From Chrysochromulina tobinii (taxonomy: Eukaryota): a stretch of 47,499 nt of DNA. The stretch covers positions 1-47,499 of the forward strand of contig JWZX01003092.1 of assembly GCA_001275005.1 (NCBI GenBank), read 5' to 3'. Position 1 is the stretch's first letter. Every line of letters begins with the position of its first letter. This document shows positions 44,312 to 47,499 of the stretch, piece by piece. The translations under genes and the position numbers were made by a program. Below the pieces are notes generated by a model that saw only the letters and a list, made by a program, of their open reading frames with translations, was not told where the DNA came from and did no database searches.

Positions 44312-47179
44312 TCACTCTTCTTTGTCCCATACCTTATGTTCGAAGCCTTCAACCTCTCCCGCCAGATGTCCCTTCTTCCAGCTCGCTTTGAAGCGATCTT
44401 CATCATGAGAGGGGCCGCCCGTCGCAAGAAGCAGGAAATCCATCTTCTGAGCCGGGGTCATCTCCCGATCCTTTTCCGTATCCCACAGCAGCTGGACCTC
44501 GCTGTAACCCGAGCCTCGGTGATCGATAAGTTCATTGGCTTTGTCCATCAAATGCTTGAGGATGCCGTCGGCATTCTTCTTGCTGAATCGGGCGCGAATC
44601 GACTTGACGAAAGCGGCGCTTAAGTGTGGCCGTCGGATGAGCTCATTGGTCTTTTGATTCAGTTCCCTGAAGATGCGGGGGCAAGAGCGCGAGAAATGAG
44701 CCGAACGACAGGTTTGCATTCATGTTTCAAAAGGCAAGGCAGCTGCGCACGGCTTTTGCTCTTCATCCTCCTCGCGGATGCGGTAGTACTTCCCGTTTTT
44801 CGACACGAATGCGTGGTCCGGCTCGAATTGGGGATCGCGTATTAACCTAGATTCCGAGTTGTAAAGGGTTAGCTGCCAATTCTCCATCTCATAAAAGAGC
44901 TCTTCTTGAAGAAGAGCTTCAGCGTCGTTCCGAGGCCATTCGCCATTGATCGCAATCTTGAAGCCGAATTTCCTCAACTGCGTTCGCGACAGCTCTCCAG
45001 GCTTATGAATTTGGAAGCGGCTCTGGATGTTGATCTCTGGATCGTCGAACGCCTTCTTGACACTCTCGTTTTTGAGTAGAGCCTGCTCGAGCACCCCCAT
45101 CGCCCGCTTCAACTCATGGTCTTCGGCGATTATTCGCCACACGTCGGTTTCGGTTAAGAGACCGCCACAAATTTCTGGTTCGGTCTGCATCTTCTCCTTC
45201 GCTGCGGCTGCCTCTTTCTCCATCTTCTCCTTCGCTGCGGCTGCCTCTTTCTCCTTGGCTTCCACTAGCTTCCACAGCTGTCTGTTCTTTTCTTCGTTAT
45301 CCGCTTGAAGATCCTTGAAGCGGCGCTCGATCTCGCGCTGCGCAGCGGCCTGCGCCTCCGTCTGCGCCTGCGCAGCTATCTGCATCTTCTCGACCTCACA
45401 CATGCGCCGCTGCTCTTGGATCACCTTGGCCATTTCGCGCTCCCTGTGGGCAAACAACACCTTGACGGAATGCAGCTCGTTTTGTGTGTTGCGCCAGTGC
45501 ATCTCCAAGCCACGGAGTCTTTGAGCCTCCCGATCTTTCTCGCAGATGATACCGAACGTCTGCGCGCCAAACGCATCTATCAGCTGCTGCTGCGCCTCGA
45601 GTTGCCGCCTCTCCTCCGCCTCGAGCGCTCGCTTCGCCTCGATGCGCGTCTGCTCGAGATTCTTATGCATCTCATCCTTTTCAGCCTGGAGTGCCCTGTT
45701 CAGCGCCAAACATTCATCGCGCTCCAGCTCCGTGGCCTTGAGCTGCTGCTGCTCTTGGACGAGCGTGCGTTTGGCAAGATCGCGCTCTTGAGCGACCTTC
45801 TGGGTTCTCTCCGTCTGCTTGGCCTTTTCATCCGCCTTGAGGCGAGGTACGAACGTGTCTCGGAGCATCTTTTCGGCCCAGCCGGGCGTGTTTTGCTTCC
45901 ACTTGTTGAGATCCTCGAACAGCACGAGCTGCGCAGCCCGGCCCTCAGGACGAGTCGTGTGCTCTTCCTCGAGGCTGCACGCGCGCTCAAAGGCCGCATG
46001 GTTGTCGTCGCTCTCGGTCTTGAATGCCAAAATGGCTTCGCCCTGGAAGCCAGGTCTATAAATCGGAAAGGCCTGCGAGGGAAGCCATTTCTTGAACATC
46101 TCCTTGAGCTTAGCGGGGGAGCACACATCGGTGCGCAGGCCTGTAATCTTGACGAGCGGCGGCCACGCGATTTCGATCTTTGGCTGCGCTTGTGCGACGG
46201 GGGCGCGCGGCAGCTGCGGCGCTAGAGCCTGCCACTGATCGCCCTTCAGATGAGTGAGCAACACAAGGTGCAGCTGCTCTTCCTCAGCATACTTCTCCCA
46301 GGCCTTTGCGTTCTTGGGCGGATTGCGGCCGATCTGTGCTGTCTTGCCGCCGGTCTGACAGCCACAATGCTGAATAAGTGGCGACGACCCGTTGGTTGCT
46401 TGGAAGTGATTGGGCGGGTTCAGATCGTGCGCTTTGCACTGAGCATGCCCGCCCACCGTATGTGGCGAGGTCGGGTTCACACAGATGTCGAAACCCGACA
46501 AGTCCCGGAGCTTGCGGTACAGCTGCTCATCCGCTCCGTACATGAAGGCCAAGCCCTCGCGGCTGAATGGGCAGGATCGGCGTCCACCCAATCCACCTGC
46601 TTTGCCAGGAGGACAAGGGATCGTCTTACGCAGCAGCTCGAGCAGTACATCTTGCCAATGTTCCTTCTCGCCTGCTGGCGCGGCTGAGGTCTGGCACCCT
46701 TCTGAGAAGACCCTTTGGGGCATGGGCTCGTCAGCCTTTGGACGTTGAGACATGTTGGGCATCACGTCTTCGTCGTCTTCCACACCTTCAATGAATATGG
46801 ATCCTTGTCGAGGAACTGCAGCTAATGAAGGCGGTGCCGCAGGAGCAATCCCTTGAAGCTCTTGACGGTCAGTCCTCTCGCATTGCCCATCGCCACGCCC
46901 GCCTCTATCCTCTCGCTCACAGTGGTAATCGCGCTCATCCCGGTCGTAATCGCGCCGGCCAAAGTCGCGCCGGTCATCGTCGCGCCGGTCGACGTAATCG
47001 CGTCTGTCAGAAACGCGTCTATCATATTCACTGTCTCTCCGATCCACATCTCGTCGATCGCGATGGCCGTAGTCACGGTCGCGGCGGTCATCGTTGCGGT
47101 CGCGGCGGTCATCGTTGCGGTCGCGGCGGTCGTAGCCCCAATCACGGCTGTCGTAGCCACGGCGGCCGTCGTCGCTCAT
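44312..47179 (-). CDS. IDN2/FDM-like protein (Arg/Asp-rich N-terminus, zf-XS-like, XS, coiled coil, XH); exons 47179-44751 and 44666-44312 (927 aa)
   Basis: C..C..LIQH....LH..L..HL (zf-XS-like); WPPLVKITGL...IY..GFQGEAILAF..AFERACSLE (XS); long coiled coil; KPGEL..NWQ...DPQFEP and ANELIDHRGSGY.EV.LLWD.EKDREMT..Q.MDFLL (XH). Confidence 0.7.
44667..44750 (-). other. Intron (GT-AG, 84 nt)
   Basis: cc|gtgcgc...pyrimidine tract...ttcag|g. Removes the in-frame stop at 44720-44722. Confidence 0.8.
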
Positions 47180-47499
47180 TCTGCCGTGTGGGCGTCTTGG
47201 GCGCAGAGCCGCGGGCGCTCGGCGCTCGCGCGACAGAAGACGTTTTGATGCGGCGGCGCGCCGTCATGAGCACTTTTTTCATTGTTCGACGTTACAAGTC
47301 TCCATGTTCATCGACAACGTATTTGGGGGGTTCGTCAACACCTCATGGGCATGATGTTTATTACCGTCGATGCGCGTGCGGTCGGAGCGCACAGTTCAGT
47401 TCAGTTCAGTTTCTTCGCGGTCCCCCCACGCTCACTCCACCACCGTCTCGACGGACGGCTCCGCTCCCCTCGGTCAAAACAAGTACTGAGTACTCGCTC

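Noticed and set aside
1..47499. Prokaryotic or giant-virus origin of the window
   Set aside because: Spliceosomal introns and eukaryotic nuclear genes (SART3-like, Cgr1-like) are present, and no viral hallmark genes were recognised.

Overview
GC-rich, gene-dense eukaryotic nuclear DNA. The short GT-AG/GC-AG introns, repeat-filled introns and gene content suggest a haptophyte alga such as Chrysochromulina; this taxonomy is inferred, not proven. About 19 protein genes are supported: a Golgi-type sulfotransferase-like protein, an Amidoligase_2-like enzyme, a large polytopic membrane protein, an alpha/beta-hydrolase with UIMs, a TPR-methyltransferase, an unassigned ORF, WD40, DUF2358, Cgr1/CCDC86, ankyrin, EF-hand and GT8 proteins, a chimeric IQ/WW/UBR4-fragment protein, a small Ser-Gly membrane protein, a 5-exon NACHT + RelA/SpoT-like + LRR (NLR-like) gene, GT2, Methyltransf_24, a SART3-like protein, and a zf-XS/XS/coiled-coil/XH (IDN2/FDM-like) protein. 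No rRNA, tRNA, CRISPR array or transposase was recognised. The most notable observations are: (1) an IDN2/FDM-like RNA-silencing protein apparently outside land plants; (2) an NLR-like protein with an embedded RelA/SpoT-type nucleotidyltransferase-like domain; (3) introns whose splice sites sit in short direct duplications of the adjacent exon and whose interiors are GCAATC-core minisatellites, suggesting an intron-gain process; (4) a UBR4/BIG fragment embedded in an unrelated gene; (5) a 49-bp foldback repeat with a second copy upstream of another gene. All domain calls come from motif recognition by eye, and introns are inferred from reading-frame logic without transcript data.
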